In this document: positions 18,370-27,633 of the stretch, one piece after another
Numbering within the stretch: position 1 is the first letter of the stretch
How the letters are laid out: each line of letters begins with the position of its first letter
NCBI GenBank assembly: GCA_964406775.1
Contig: CAYOSW010000001.1
Span: forward strand, 10,474-74,473
Direction of reading: 5' to 3'
Source: an uncultured Gammaproteobacteria bacterium
GTDB lineage: Bacteria; Patescibacteriota; Microgenomatia; Daviesbacterales; UBA10151
Length of the DNA: 64,000 nucleotides
Notes under the pieces: model-generated
The model's input: the letters and a program-made list of their open reading frames with translations, nothing else
Database searches by the model: none
What the model was told of the DNA's origin: nothing
Program-made: the position numbers and the translations under genes

Positions 18370-19026
18370 GAGAATAAATTCTCCCTTGGGTGGTTTTTTC
18401 TTAAAATCTTCAAGTATTCCGCTGCATTTTTTTCTGATTATTTCCTGGTGAATTTTAGTAAGTTCTTTTGCCAAAACTATTTCGGGATCCGAGAGTTCTT
18501 CCGAAATTTCCTTAACGGTTTTTATCAATTTGTGAGGCGCAACAAAAATTATAAAAGTCGAGGGCATTAACCCGCTCATCTGTTTGATATTTTGAAGAGC
18601 TGTTCTTCTTCTGCCTTCTTTTTCCGGGAGATATCCTAAAAATGTAAATTTATCCGGCGGAAGTCCGGAAAGGGTCAGTGCTGTTGTTACCGAGGAAGGT
18701 CCGGGAAGTGAGTCTATCTCAAGTCCCCGGGCAATTACTGCCCTGACTATTTTGTATCCGGGATCGGATACTAAAGGCGTCCCCGCATCCGACACAAGTG
18801 CCAGATTTTTACCTTCTCTTAATTTTCCGAGTATGAAATCTTCAGACTTGAATTCATTAAAATCATTTAAAACGATTAACGGTTTTTTAATTTCGAAGTG
18901 GGTTAAAAGCAGAGAAGTACGTCTTGAATCTTCGCAAATTATTTCATCAGCTTCTTTTAAAACTTCCAAGGCGCGTAATGTTATATCTTTTAAATTGCCT
19001 ATTGGTGTCGGAACTATAGTTAACAT
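18346..19026 (-). CDS. rsmI: 16S rRNA (cytidine1402-2'-O)-methyltransferase
   Basis: 'MLTIVPTPIGNLKDITLRALEVLKEADEIICED' is the canonical RsmI N-terminus (tetrapyrrole methylase fold). Confidence 0.85.
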   Translation of the reverse strand: MLTIVPTPIGNLKDITLRALEVLKEADEIICEDSRRTSLLLTHFEIKKPLIVLNDFNEFKSEDFILGKLREGKNLALVSDAGTPLVSDPGYKIVRAVIARGLEIDSLPGPSSVTTALTLSGLPPDKFTFLGYLPEKEGRRRTALQNIKQMSGLMPSTFIIFVAPHKLIKTVKEISEELSDPEIVLAKELTKIHQEIIRKKCSGILEDFKKKPPKGEFILLLNLSVS

Positions 19027-19076
19027 TAGAGAATTTTACTCCGAGAGAAGCGAACGGGCAAGTTTAACCGTAAAAA

Positions 19077-19697
19077 TCAGGATTTTGAGTATTTTTCTTT
19101 AACGAAATGATAAACAGCCGGGGCAATTGAGGCAAGAATAATAACTCCGATTATCGGTAAAAGATATTTATCTACGTCCGGAATAAGATTTCCCAGAAAG
19201 TAGCCTAGAAATGTCATACCGATAGCCCAAAAAAAACCTCCGACAAGATTGTAAGCAATGAATGTGGAGTATTTCATACTGCCGATTCCCGCAACGACCG
19301 GAGCAAATGCTCGGATAACAGGTATAAAGCGGGCAAGAATTATGGTTTTTCCTCCGTGTTTTTCGTAGAATTTTTCAGCTTTCATAAGATGGTCCTTATG
19401 AAATAACAGTGAATCGTCTTTAGAGAATAACTTTTTGCCAAATTTGTGACCGATCGAATAACCTATGCTGTCGCCCAATACCGCAAAAACAAACGAACCC
19501 AAAGCTAAAGCCCAAACATTAAAATAACCTTGAGAAGCTAAAAATCCGGCAGTAAACAGAAGTGAATCGCCCGGAAAGAAGAAACCGATCATCATTCCCG
19601 ATTCGAGAAAAACTATTGCATAAATACCGATAAGTCCGACCGCTTCTATCACGGAACGCAGGTCTCCGTGAAGTAAATTACCTATTTCAAAACCCAT
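19077..19697 (-). CDS. DedA/SNARE-associated (VTT domain) membrane protein
   Basis: 'FFFPGDSLLFTAGFLASQG' is the DedA signature. Multiple TM helices. Confidence 0.8.
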   Translation of the reverse strand: MGFEIGNLLHGDLRSVIEAVGLIGIYAIVFLESGMMIGFFFPGDSLLFTAGFLASQGYFNVWALALGSFVFAVLGDSIGYSIGHKFGKKLFSKDDSLLFHKDHLMKAEKFYEKHGGKTIILARFIPVIRAFAPVVAGIGSMKYSTFIAYNLVGGFFWAIGMTFLGYFLGNLIPDVDKYLLPIIGVIILASIAPAVYHFVKEKYSKS

Positions 19698-19710
19698 TGA
19701 TTGAGTATAG

Positions 19711-20964
19711 CTAAATATCCCGGAAATCTAAAGTGGCGAAGTAGTCATCTAAAGTCTCGGCTCTTCTGATTTGCTCAACTCTACCGTCAGGTTTTAATAA
19801 AAGTTCGGCAGAGCGGAGTTTGCCGTTGTAATTAAACCCCATTGCAAACCCGTGAGCGCCGGTATCGTGGATTGCGATTATATCTCCTATTTCAATTTCC
19901 GGAAGTTTCCGGTCAACAGCGAACTTATCATTATTTTCGCAAAGCGACCCGACAACATCGTAAGTTTTTGTTTCGGGTGCATCTTCCTTCCCTAAAACTG
20001 TTTCGTGGTGATAAGCTCCATACATTCCGGGGCGCATTAAATTAGCCATACAAGCGTCCACGCCGATGTAGTTTTTATATGTTTCTTTTTTGTGAATTAC
20101 TCTGGTAATCAGGTAACCTGAAGGACCGGTTATAACTCTTCCGCACTCGAAAACAATTTTGAAGGGAGAGATTCCTTTTCCGGTTATCAATTCGCCGTAT
20201 AAAGTTTTAATATTCTCCGAAACATAATTTAAATCCATATCATCCTGGTCGGGTTTATAAGGAATTCCGATCCCTCCGCCCATATTGATAAACTCAATTT
20301 CAATACCGGTCTTTTCTTTAATTTCTGAAACTAAGTCAAAAAGCATTCTGGCAGTTTCAATAATATAGTCAGCATTCAATTCATTCGAAGCAACCATTGT
20401 ATGCAGTCCGAATCTTTTAACCCCTTTTTCTTTCGCGGTCTTGTAAGCTGAGAAAATCTGATCTTTTGTCAGTCCGTATTTTGCCTCTTTGGGATCGCCG
20501 ATTAATGCATTGCCGGTTCTGTTGGGGCCCGGATTATAACGGAAACATAGGAGGGAAGGGAGGTGTCCCAAGGTCTTTTCTAAAAATCCGATATGGGAAA
20601 TATCATCAAGATTAATTATTGCACCCAATTCAAAGGCTTTTTTAAATTCCGCGGCTGGAGTTTCGTTTGATGTAAACATTATTTCCTCTCCACGGAAACC
20701 TACTTTCTCGCTCATAATAAGTTCCGCAAGCGATGAACAATCAACACCCATACCTTCTTCTTTAAGTATTTTTAGAATATAAGGATTCGGCAGTGCTTTA
20801 ACTGCAAAGTAATTTTTAAAATCTCGAGTCCAGGAAAATGATTTGTAAAAATTTTGTGCAGTGTTTCTGATATTTTTTTCATCATAAATATGAAATGGGG
20901 TCGGATATTTCCTAATAATTTTTTCAATATCTAATTCGCTGAAAGGGAGCTTTAAATTCTTCAT
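19711..20964 (-). CDS. lysA: Diaminopimelate decarboxylase (PLP-dependent, Orn/DAP/Arg decarboxylase fold)
   Basis: 'YFAVKALPN' (PLP Lys), 'NMGGGIGIPY', 'GSLCENNDKF'. Last gene of the lysine cluster. Confidence 0.75.
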   Translation of the reverse strand: MKNLKLPFSELDIEKIIRKYPTPFHIYDEKNIRNTAQNFYKSFSWTRDFKNYFAVKALPNPYILKILKEEGMGVDCSSLAELIMSEKVGFRGEEIMFTSNETPAAEFKKAFELGAIINLDDISHIGFLEKTLGHLPSLLCFRYNPGPNRTGNALIGDPKEAKYGLTKDQIFSAYKTAKEKGVKRFGLHTMVASNELNADYIIETARMLFDLVSEIKEKTGIEIEFINMGGGIGIPYKPDQDDMDLNYVSENIKTLYGELITGKGISPFKIVFECGRVITGPSGYLITRVIHKKETYKNYIGVDACMANLMRPGMYGAYHHETVLGKEDAPETKTYDVVGSLCENNDKFAVDRKLPEIEIGDIIAIHDTGAHGFAMGFNYNGKLRSAELLLKPDGRVEQIRRAETLDDYFATLDFRDI

Positions 20965-22154
20965 ATTTTTAACCTCTCCCGGATATTTTTAACGGCTTTC
21001 TTTATATTTTCTTTCTGGCCGAATGCAGACAATCGGATATAACCTTCGCCCGCTGAACCGAAGCCGGAGCCGGGGGTAGAAATGACATTACATTCATTGA
21101 TTAATTTATCAAAGAATTCCCAGGAAGTAAGTTTTCCGGGAGTTTTAACCCAAATATAAGGCGCGTTTTCTCCGCCAAAAACTTTAAGTCCCAAATCTTC
21201 CATACCGCTTTTAATAATTTTTGCATTTTCCATATAGTAACCAATTAGCTTAGAACATTCTTTTTGTCCTTTGGGAGATAAAACCGCAATGGCACTTTGC
21301 TGGACTACATTTGAAGCACCGTTAAACATTGTAGTCTGCCGTCTATTCCAGAGCGAATTGATCTCACCTTTATTTGTTCCTTCGATCACCAATTCTTCGG
21401 GTACAATACTCCATCCTAATCGGACACCAGTAAATCCCGCCATCTTTGAGAGACTCTGGATTTCTATTGCGCATTTTTCCGCTCCTTTAATTTGATAAAT
21501 ACTTTTCGGAAGTTTCTCATCCGAAATATATTCCGAGTAAGCGGCATCAAAAATAATTACCGCTTTGTTTTTAGTTGCATAATCAATAAAACTTTTCAGT
21601 TGAGATTTTGTAGCAACCGCGCCTGTCGGATTATTCGGGGAACAAAGAAAAATGACATCTACTTTTGATTTCGGGACTTCGGGTATAAAACCGTTTTTCT
21701 CATTGCATTCCATTAGAACGATTTTTTTGCCGGCAATAATATTTGAATCCTGATAAACCGGATAGACCGGATCTGAAACGGCAATCACAGAATTATCCGC
21801 AAATATGGAAGTGATATTAGCCGAATCTGATTTCGCGCCGTCGGAAATAAATATTTCGGAAGGTTTTATATTAATTCCTTTTTGTTTATACCAAGCCGAA
21901 ACGGCCTCTCTTAATTTAAAATTACCTTGTTCATCGCCGTATCCGGTATAAGTTTCCCGGTTTTCTAAAAGATCAACGCCTTCGCGTAGACCTTTAAGAG
22001 CCGATTGAGTTAAGGGGAGGGTTGTATTTCCGATGCCGAGCTTAAGCAGTTCAACTCCAGGATTTTTTTCGGAAAATGCTTTCGCTCTTTTTGCAATCTC
22101 CGAAAACAAATAAGTTTTAGCGAGTTTATTATAATTTTGATTAATTTTAGTCAT
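20961..22154 (-). CDS. dapL: LL-diaminopimelate aminotransferase
   Basis: N-terminus 'KINQNYNKLAKTYLFSEIAKRAKAF...LKLGIGNTTLPL' closely parallels the DapL N-terminus. Confidence 0.8.
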   Translation of the reverse strand: MTKINQNYNKLAKTYLFSEIAKRAKAFSEKNPGVELLKLGIGNTTLPLTQSALKGLREGVDLLENRETYTGYGDEQGNFKLREAVSAWYKQKGINIKPSEIFISDGAKSDSANITSIFADNSVIAVSDPVYPVYQDSNIIAGKKIVLMECNEKNGFIPEVPKSKVDVIFLCSPNNPTGAVATKSQLKSFIDYATKNKAVIIFDAAYSEYISDEKLPKSIYQIKGAEKCAIEIQSLSKMAGFTGVRLGWSIVPEELVIEGTNKGEINSLWNRRQTTMFNGASNVVQQSAIAVLSPKGQKECSKLIGYYMENAKIIKSGMEDLGLKVFGGENAPYIWVKTPGKLTSWEFFDKLINECNVISTPGSGFGSAGEGYIRLSAFGQKENIKKAVKNIRERLKI

Positions 22155-23232
22155 TTAAATATCCCTTTTTAAAAAGCAATTCGGCAGTCAATATTCCACC
22201 GCCGGCTGCACCCCGGATCGTATTATGCGATAAACCGATGAATTTGTAATCTGAAATATTATCCTTGCGTAATCTGCCCGCGGCAATCCCCATACCGCTT
22301 CCGAGATTTCGGTCTAAGGCGGTTTGCGGCCTGTCTTTTTCTTCAAAATAAGTGATGAAAGGATCCGGAGCTGACGGTAAATTCAAATCCTTTAATGGGT
22401 TAAAATTTTTCCAGGCTTCCAGAATCTGTTCACCGGATGGTGTATGTTGAAATTTCACGGAAACGGAAGCCATATGTCCGTCAGAAACAGGAACCCTGAT
22501 GCAGGTAGCTGAAATTTGAATTCCGGTCTCAGACTCTATTGCCCCGTTTTTCAGTTCACCCCAAATTCTCAACGGTTCCTTTTCGGATTTTTCTTCCTCT
22601 CCATCGATTAAGGGTTTTACGTTATCCGTCATTTCAGGCCAGTTCTGCAAAGTCCTGCCGGCTCCCGAAACTGCCTGCAGTGTTGTCACCGTGACTTCCG
22701 ACGGTCCGAATTTTAGTAAAGGTGTAATCAGAGGGACGTAAGACTGGATTGAACAATTGGGTTTTACAACGATAAGTCCTTTATCCCATCCTCGGTTTTT
22801 TCTTTGTATATCTATTAATTCAAGATGGTTGGGATTTATCTCGGGAAGAATCATAGGTATGTCTTCTGTCCAGCGGTGTGCGGAATTATTTGAAACGACC
22901 GCAACGCCTCTTGACGCATAAGCCTCCTCGACACGGCGGATGAAATCTTTATCCAAGTCAATTGCGCAAAAAACCAGTCTGACTTCAGATGCAATCGAAT
23001 CAATATCTTCCTCAACTGCAAAAAGTTTCATACCGGATATGGATTGGGGAATAGTTGCCTCCATAGACCATCTGCCCTCAACTGCTTCGCTGTATTTTTT
23101 ACCTGCTGAGCGCGGAGAGGCCGCAAGAACAGTCACCTCAAATAAGGGGTGATTTTGCAGTAATGTTATAAAACGTTGTCCGACCATACCTGTCGCGCCC
23201 AGTATTCCTACCGGAATTTTAGTATTTTCCAT
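22147..23232 (-). CDS. asd: Aspartate-semialdehyde dehydrogenase
   Basis: 'IPVGILGATGMVGQRF' Rossmann N-terminus. Catalytic region 'SATCIRVPV...H'. Operon context. Confidence 0.85.
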   Translation of the reverse strand: MENTKIPVGILGATGMVGQRFITLLQNHPLFEVTVLAASPRSAGKKYSEAVEGRWSMEATIPQSISGMKLFAVEEDIDSIASEVRLVFCAIDLDKDFIRRVEEAYASRGVAVVSNNSAHRWTEDIPMILPEINPNHLELIDIQRKNRGWDKGLIVVKPNCSIQSYVPLITPLLKFGPSEVTVTTLQAVSGAGRTLQNWPEMTDNVKPLIDGEEEKSEKEPLRIWGELKNGAIESETGIQISATCIRVPVSDGHMASVSVKFQHTPSGEQILEAWKNFNPLKDLNLPSAPDPFITYFEEKDRPQTALDRNLGSGMGIAAGRLRKDNISDYKFIGLSHNTIRGAAGGGILTAELLFKKGYLND

Positions 23233-23235
23233 AAT

Positions 23236-24171
23236 TTATATCAGTTTCAGGTTTTTGAGAACCTTTTTCAGGATCTCCTCGTTTTTATCCTCAAGGGGAA
23301 CAAGAGGTAATCTCAGTCCGAGTTCGATCTTCCCCATAAGTGAGAGTGCAGTTTTAACAGGAATCGGGTTTGATTCGATGAAATTAACGCCCATTAAATC
23401 CCAAATCCTGTAGTGGAGGCTCCTGGCTTCGGTAAAATTACCGTCCAGAGCCAGATGCACCATATCCGAAAATTCCCTGGGAATTTCGTTGCAGACTACA
23501 GAAATACAGCCGTGTCCGCCTGCGGCAATTAAAGGCAGGGTAAACGCATCATCTCCGGAAAGAACGGAAAAATCCTCAGGACCTTCAATGGATGCAAGTT
23601 TGATGATTTCCATCATTTGAATAATCGATCCGGATGCTTCTTTTACCGCTTTAACTAGAGGCACCTCTCGGGCAATTCTGATTATTGTTCTTGGAGAAAT
23701 ATTGGAGCCGGTTCTTCCGGGAACGTTATAAATAACGATTGGAAGCCCTACCTCGGCAACCGCTTTAAAATGGGCAACTAATCCGTTGGCTGTCGGCTTA
23801 TTATAAAAAGGAGTTACGTGAAGCAGTGCGTTTGCTCCTGCTTTTTTGGCGATTTTTGATAAATGAACAGCCCTTTTTGTGTCATTTGAGCCGGCTCCAG
23901 CAATAACCGGAATTCTGCCCTTAACCTGTCCGACGACGGTCTTAATTACGGTTTCATACTCCTCTTCATTCATTGTTGCGGCCTCGCCTGTTGATCCGCA
24001 GGGGACGATGGCGTCAATTCCGCCTGAGATTTGCCATTCCACAAATTTTTTCAGAGCAGGCAGATCAAGACTACCGTTTTTCTTAAACGGTGTAACTATT
24101 GCCGGTATTGAGCCGAAAAATCTGATGTTTTGCATTCTAGTCCGCAACCTTCCTACAGCGTCACCCCTCAT
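23236..24171 (-). CDS. dapA: 4-hydroxy-tetrahydrodipicolinate synthase
   Basis: 'GSIPAIVTPF...GIDAIVPCGSTGE'. The likely true start is the internal Met at ~24132, because the track ORF overlaps the dapB end. Confidence 0.85.
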   Translation of the reverse strand: MRGDAVGRLRTRMQNIRFFGSIPAIVTPFKKNGSLDLPALKKFVEWQISGGIDAIVPCGSTGEAATMNEEEYETVIKTVVGQVKGRIPVIAGAGSNDTKRAVHLSKIAKKAGANALLHVTPFYNKPTANGLVAHFKAVAEVGLPIVIYNVPGRTGSNISPRTIIRIAREVPLVKAVKEASGSIIQMMEIIKLASIEGPEDFSVLSGDDAFTLPLIAAGGHGCISVVCNEIPREFSDMVHLALDGNFTEARSLHYRIWDLMGVNFIESNPIPVKTALSLMGKIELGLRLPLVPLEDKNEEILKKVLKNLKLI

Positions 24172-24892
24172 TTAAAACAAAGAGGCTGTCGAAGCTGTAA
24201 ACTCCTTTCTTGTCTTTTATGAATTCCGCTGCCATTACCGCGCCTTCGGCATATCCGCGTCTGGAATGATTTTGGACGGAAAGCGTTATTGAATCGGCAT
24301 CGGAATCAAATGTAACTTCGTGCATTCCGGGATTTCTCCCGCCTCTTAAGGAAGCGAAATGAAGTTCGTCCTCTTCAATTTTCCTGTCCAGTCTTCCCGT
24401 TTCCAGTTTCTTCTTTTCCGGAAAATTGGCCATTATTATTTCCGCTGTTTTAAAAGCCGTTCCCGAAGGACTGTCTTTTTTGCCTTTATGGTGGATTTCA
24501 GTGCCGAAGACGTCATAATTTCCGTATTTGGAGGCGAGTTTGCCCGCAGTTTCGACCAATTTAAAGAAGATGTTTGTTCCGATTGCAAAATTCTGGCCGT
24601 AAATCAGCCCCGTTCCGGCATTATTAACGAGCTCTTCCACCTCCGATATTCTGTCGTACCAGCCTGAAGTTCCGACAACCATATTTTTTCCGAATTCTAA
24701 AACTTTTTTAATATTATCGATGGCAACTTCGGGTGAGGAAAAATCAATTACAACGTCGCAGTCTTTTATTCCTTCCGCGTCCCAACCCTTTGATTCCGAA
24801 CTGATTGAACTAATTTCGTGATTTCCTCCGGACTTTACAATCTCTTCAATTTCCCGTCCCATATTTCCGTAACCTATCAATGCAATTTTCAT
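24161..24892 (-). CDS. dapB: 4-hydroxy-tetrahydrodipicolinate reductase
   Basis: 'MKIALIGYGNMGREI' NAD(P)-binding N-terminus plus the DapB C-terminal domain. Confidence 0.85.
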   Translation of the reverse strand: MKIALIGYGNMGREIEEIVKSGGNHEISSISSESKGWDAEGIKDCDVVIDFSSPEVAIDNIKKVLEFGKNMVVGTSGWYDRISEVEELVNNAGTGLIYGQNFAIGTNIFFKLVETAGKLASKYGNYDVFGTEIHHKGKKDSPSGTAFKTAEIIMANFPEKKKLETGRLDRKIEEDELHFASLRGGRNPGMHEVTFDSDADSITLSVQNHSRRGYAEGAVMAAEFIKDKKGVYSFDSLFVLNEG

Positions 24893-24894
24893 AT

Positions 24895-25713
24895 TTATCT
24901 TTCTGCCTCCATATCGGTTATAACCAGCGTACCACGGGCACCTGTATTAAAAGTATTCCGCACTAAAACGGGTATGCCGGAATTCATAACCGGCGTCAGG
25001 CAATCGGGATGGAGTACTTTGGCGCCGTTTTTTGCCATCTCAATCATATGATCTATCATAATTTTCTCCAAAGTCCGCGCTTCCCGGTGGAACTTCGGAT
25101 CGTGAGTCATAACACCGTCAACATCCGTCCAGTTCTCGTAAATCTCCGCACCAACTCCGCGGGCTATTATAGCACCTGTGATATCCGATCCTCCTCTTGG
25201 AAAGGTCGTTAGGTTATCCTCCAAATCAAGTCCGTAAAAACCGGGGATTACAACTTTGCCTAGGGCCTTACCCAGGATAATTCCAATTAGCGAATAGGAG
25301 ATTTCATTAACGGATCCGTCCGGGTTTATTCTGATTAGCTCGGTTGCGTCGACAAAATCGGCCTTTAATAAGTCAGCCAGCATACGGGCAGCCAGCCATT
25401 CCCCTCTTGAGGCACGGCAGGAAGGGTTGTTGAAATTAAGAGTGAAGGCCTCGAACGCTTCCGCCAGACTCGCTTCAATATCTCTCCAGCCCAAAATCCG
25501 TCCCTCCTCAAGGAATCTTCTCTCGACAGCACCCCAGTTTGCCTCTAAGAGATTGTCGGTTATCTTCCCCGGATATTTCTCGTTCTTTCCCGGTGCCGAG
25601 ACGACAATAAATTGCCTGGAAGGATCGGAATTAATAATTTGCATTACCTGGCGGATTGAAGCGGCATCAGCCATAGACGATCCGCCGAACTTTGCAACAA
25701 TTGGCTTATTCAT
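24895..25713 (-). CDS. lysC: Aspartokinase catalytic domain only (272 aa), with no ACT regulatory domains
   Basis: 'VAKFGGSSMADAASI', 'RGGSDITGAIIA', 'TDVDGVMTHDP', 'AKVLHPDCLTPVMNSGIPVLVRNTF...GTLV' align to the AK kinase domain. The protein ends where the ACT domains normally begin, and dapB follows 3 bp later. Confidence 0.7.
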   Translation of the reverse strand: MNKPIVAKFGGSSMADAASIRQVMQIINSDPSRQFIVVSAPGKNEKYPGKITDNLLEANWGAVERRFLEEGRILGWRDIEASLAEAFEAFTLNFNNPSCRASRGEWLAARMLADLLKADFVDATELIRINPDGSVNEISYSLIGIILGKALGKVVIPGFYGLDLEDNLTTFPRGGSDITGAIIARGVGAEIYENWTDVDGVMTHDPKFHREARTLEKIMIDHMIEMAKNGAKVLHPDCLTPVMNSGIPVLVRNTFNTGARGTLVITDMEAER

Positions 25714-25780
25714 ATTACGGAATGATACCTTCAGCTCGGTGCGTGGTCAAAAAATCCTGAAGTTTGTACAATTTACAAGT

Positions 25781-25804
25781 AATTTGTTAAATATTTAACA
25801 AATT
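25781..25804. promoter_or_regulatory. Perfect 24-bp palindrome AATTTGTTAAAT|ATTTAACAAATT upstream of the lysine operon (candidate operator)
   Basis: Read directly. Lies between the minus-strand terminator (25820-25860) and the lysC start. An adjacent 8-bp palindrome TTGTACAA sits at 25764-25771. Confidence 0.4.
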
Positions 25805-25819
25805 TAGGCTGATTTTGGG

Positions 25820-25860
25820 GTAAAAAAAGAGCCAGATACCTGTAATAGCAAATGGCTCTT
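25820..25860 (-). terminator. Strong intrinsic terminator on the minus strand (AAGAGCCA-N18-UGGCUCUU followed by U8)
   Basis: 8-bp stem. On the minus strand the hairpin is followed directly by TTTTTTTT. Confidence 0.6.
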
Positions 25861-26110
25861 CTATCTATTTGTTGTACCAATTACCTATATCTTTCCCTAA
25901 GGCACGTTACTCTTAAGGTCCGAACAGCAATTACACACTGTGTTCCGGTAAGTTCCGCAAACCCCTAGATAGCCGGGGTGTGCTCCGCAAGCTTTCCCGA
26001 TCGATATCATCTGACTTCTAACACTTTACCGATCTATGGTACTTAAACAGAAAATTAATTTCCGGGTTTGTGGTCCCCTTTGTCTCTTTCCTGCTCAAAC
26101 GGAGCTAACC
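25861..26110 (-). ncRNA. Candidate structured ncRNA of unknown class (~250-285 nt), or a long structured leader of the lysine operon
   Basis: ORF-free. Locally G+C-rich inside an AT-rich intergenic region. Several hairpins (CCGGAACAG-N13-CUGUUCGG, CCCC-N9-GGGG). Promoter-like TTGACT-N18-TAAAAT around 26120-26150 on the minus strand. Ends at the terminator above. No match to the L-box, RNase P P4, tmRNA or SRP motifs I could recall. Confidence 0.3.
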
Positions 26111-26398
26111 CCATTTTACTCATTTGTATAGTTAGAAAGTCAATATACTGGATGTTGTGTTAAAAGAATGATTAGACTACTAAATTAACGAGAGTTCAAT
26201 TGTAATAAGGTGTCAATTGCTTTTTTGTAATTCTTTTGCTACTAATTCAGCTACTGCACAATCACTTAGAATATCTTCATACGCAATAGTCTTATTAGAC
26301 AGATTATAAAAAAAGTTCGCAGCATCTTTAACCTCAGTATTATTTTTCAAGATTTCTATTAGAGAAAAATCCATAAGAGAATTATATCAATGTGTGTT

Positions 26399-27019
26399 TT
26401 ATTCGAATCTGCGGATAACACCGACGCATTTTCCCTGGATTTGGACTTCGCCCGTATTTACGTAAATCGGTTCCATAGCGGAGTTCGCCGGCTCCAGACG
26501 GATCCTATTGGGCTCGCGGAAGAATTTCTTCAAGGTCGCGAGCCCGGAATCCAGTAACGCAACCACTATGTCTCCGTCTGCGGCTGAGTTCTGCTCTTCG
26601 ATAATAACGTAATCACCGTCCAAAATTCCGGATTCAATCATTGAGTCGCCTTTTACCTGCAGAACATAAGATTTCTTTTTATCCGAAATCATATGCGGTG
26701 CAACATTCACGGTTGCTCCGGGATCGGTGTAGGGCATAATAGGCTGGCCGGCCGCAATATATCCAAGTAAAGGCAGCTCTATAGTACGGGGTTTAATATT
26801 AAATTCATCTAGAAGTTCAATTCCGCGTACGGTTCCTTCAAATTTCCTTATTGCACCTTTTTTAACAAGCGCCATCAGGTGTTCGTGAACGGTTGCAAGA
26901 GAGGAAAGGCCCATCGCCTCAGCAATTTCGCCTAAAGTGGGGGAGTAACCGTATTTATCAATATATTCCCTTACGAAATTTAAAATATCTTTTTGTCTTT
27001 TGTAGAGTACTGCTGGCAT
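26399..27019 (-). CDS. lexA: LexA repressor
   Basis: N-terminal wHTH. S24 peptidase domain with 'GDSM' (Ser) and 'LKKF' (Lys). Confidence 0.9.
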   Translation of the reverse strand: MPAVLYKRQKDILNFVREYIDKYGYSPTLGEIAEAMGLSSLATVHEHLMALVKKGAIRKFEGTVRGIELLDEFNIKPRTIELPLLGYIAAGQPIMPYTDPGATVNVAPHMISDKKKSYVLQVKGDSMIESGILDGDYVIIEEQNSAADGDIVVALLDSGLATLKKFFREPNRIRLEPANSAMEPIYVNTGEVQIQGKCVGVIRRFE

Positions 27020-27168
27020 TTGAGTAAAAATACTTTACCAAACAGAACCCGAATGTGTCAAGCGCATCAATCTATATCAAAATTAATTTTACCGAAGAAT
27101 CAGCATATTTCTTTTACTCTAATAACCTATAGTTGTAAAATACAGCTGCTTTTTTTATAATCACTGTT

Positions 27169-27588
27169 ATGGAAGTTTACAGGTATTGGACATCAGGCAA
27201 GCTTGCGGAAGCGAGATCTGCAGGAAAAATTGAAAGTAATTATCCGAGGACTTTTCCGAGGTTTCCTCGTCATATCTTTGTATTACCCGAAAATCCCTTG
27301 GCTTGGGGTACGGAGAATATGAGGAAGTTGGTTTGGAATGTGAATTTAAATCACAGACGCAGATCAGATGATCAACTGGTTCTTTTAAGATTCAACATAG
27401 CTGAAGATGATCCTGCAGTATTCATACGTGACTTATACGATTGGGATTGGCAGCCTATTGCTACTCATAAACCGGCAATGTTTCAATTTCCTGAAATTAT
27501 TGTTCCTACACCGATTCCTATTGAATTCGTTACTCAAATTCAGGTTCCTATTGAGCTGGATCGAAACCCCTCCATTAGTTTATGGTAA
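27169..27588 (+). CDS. Hypothetical protein (139 aa) divergent from lexA
   Basis: ORF only. Shares the intergenic region with lexA, so it could be SOS-regulated. Confidence 0.4.
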   Translation: MEVYRYWTSGKLAEARSAGKIESNYPRTFPRFPRHIFVLPENPLAWGTENMRKLVWNVNLNHRRRSDDQLVLLRFNIAEDDPAVFIRDLYDWDWQPIATHKPAMFQFPEIIVPTPIPIEFVTQIQVPIELDRNPSISLW

Positions 27589-27633
27589 GAAATTTATATA
27601 TTTGCCAAATAAATAATTTCTGCTATTATTTGT

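Noticed and set aside
25861-26110. Lysine (L-box) riboswitch, RNase P RNA, tmRNA or SRP RNA assignment for the G+C-rich ORF-free segment
   Set aside because: None of the universal motifs I can recall are present: L-box GAGGCGC / GGCUGAAAGG / GCCGAAG, RNase P P4 GGAAAGUCCGGGCUCC, the tmRNA tRNA-like end, or the SRP domain-IV AGCAGC/GGAA motif. It is left as unclassified.
27020-27168. Classical LexA boxes (CTGT-N8-ACAG or GAAC-N4-GTTC) upstream of lexA
   Set aside because: Only CTGT-N11-ACAG and partial GAAC-like matches are present. The spacing and sequence do not fit either consensus.
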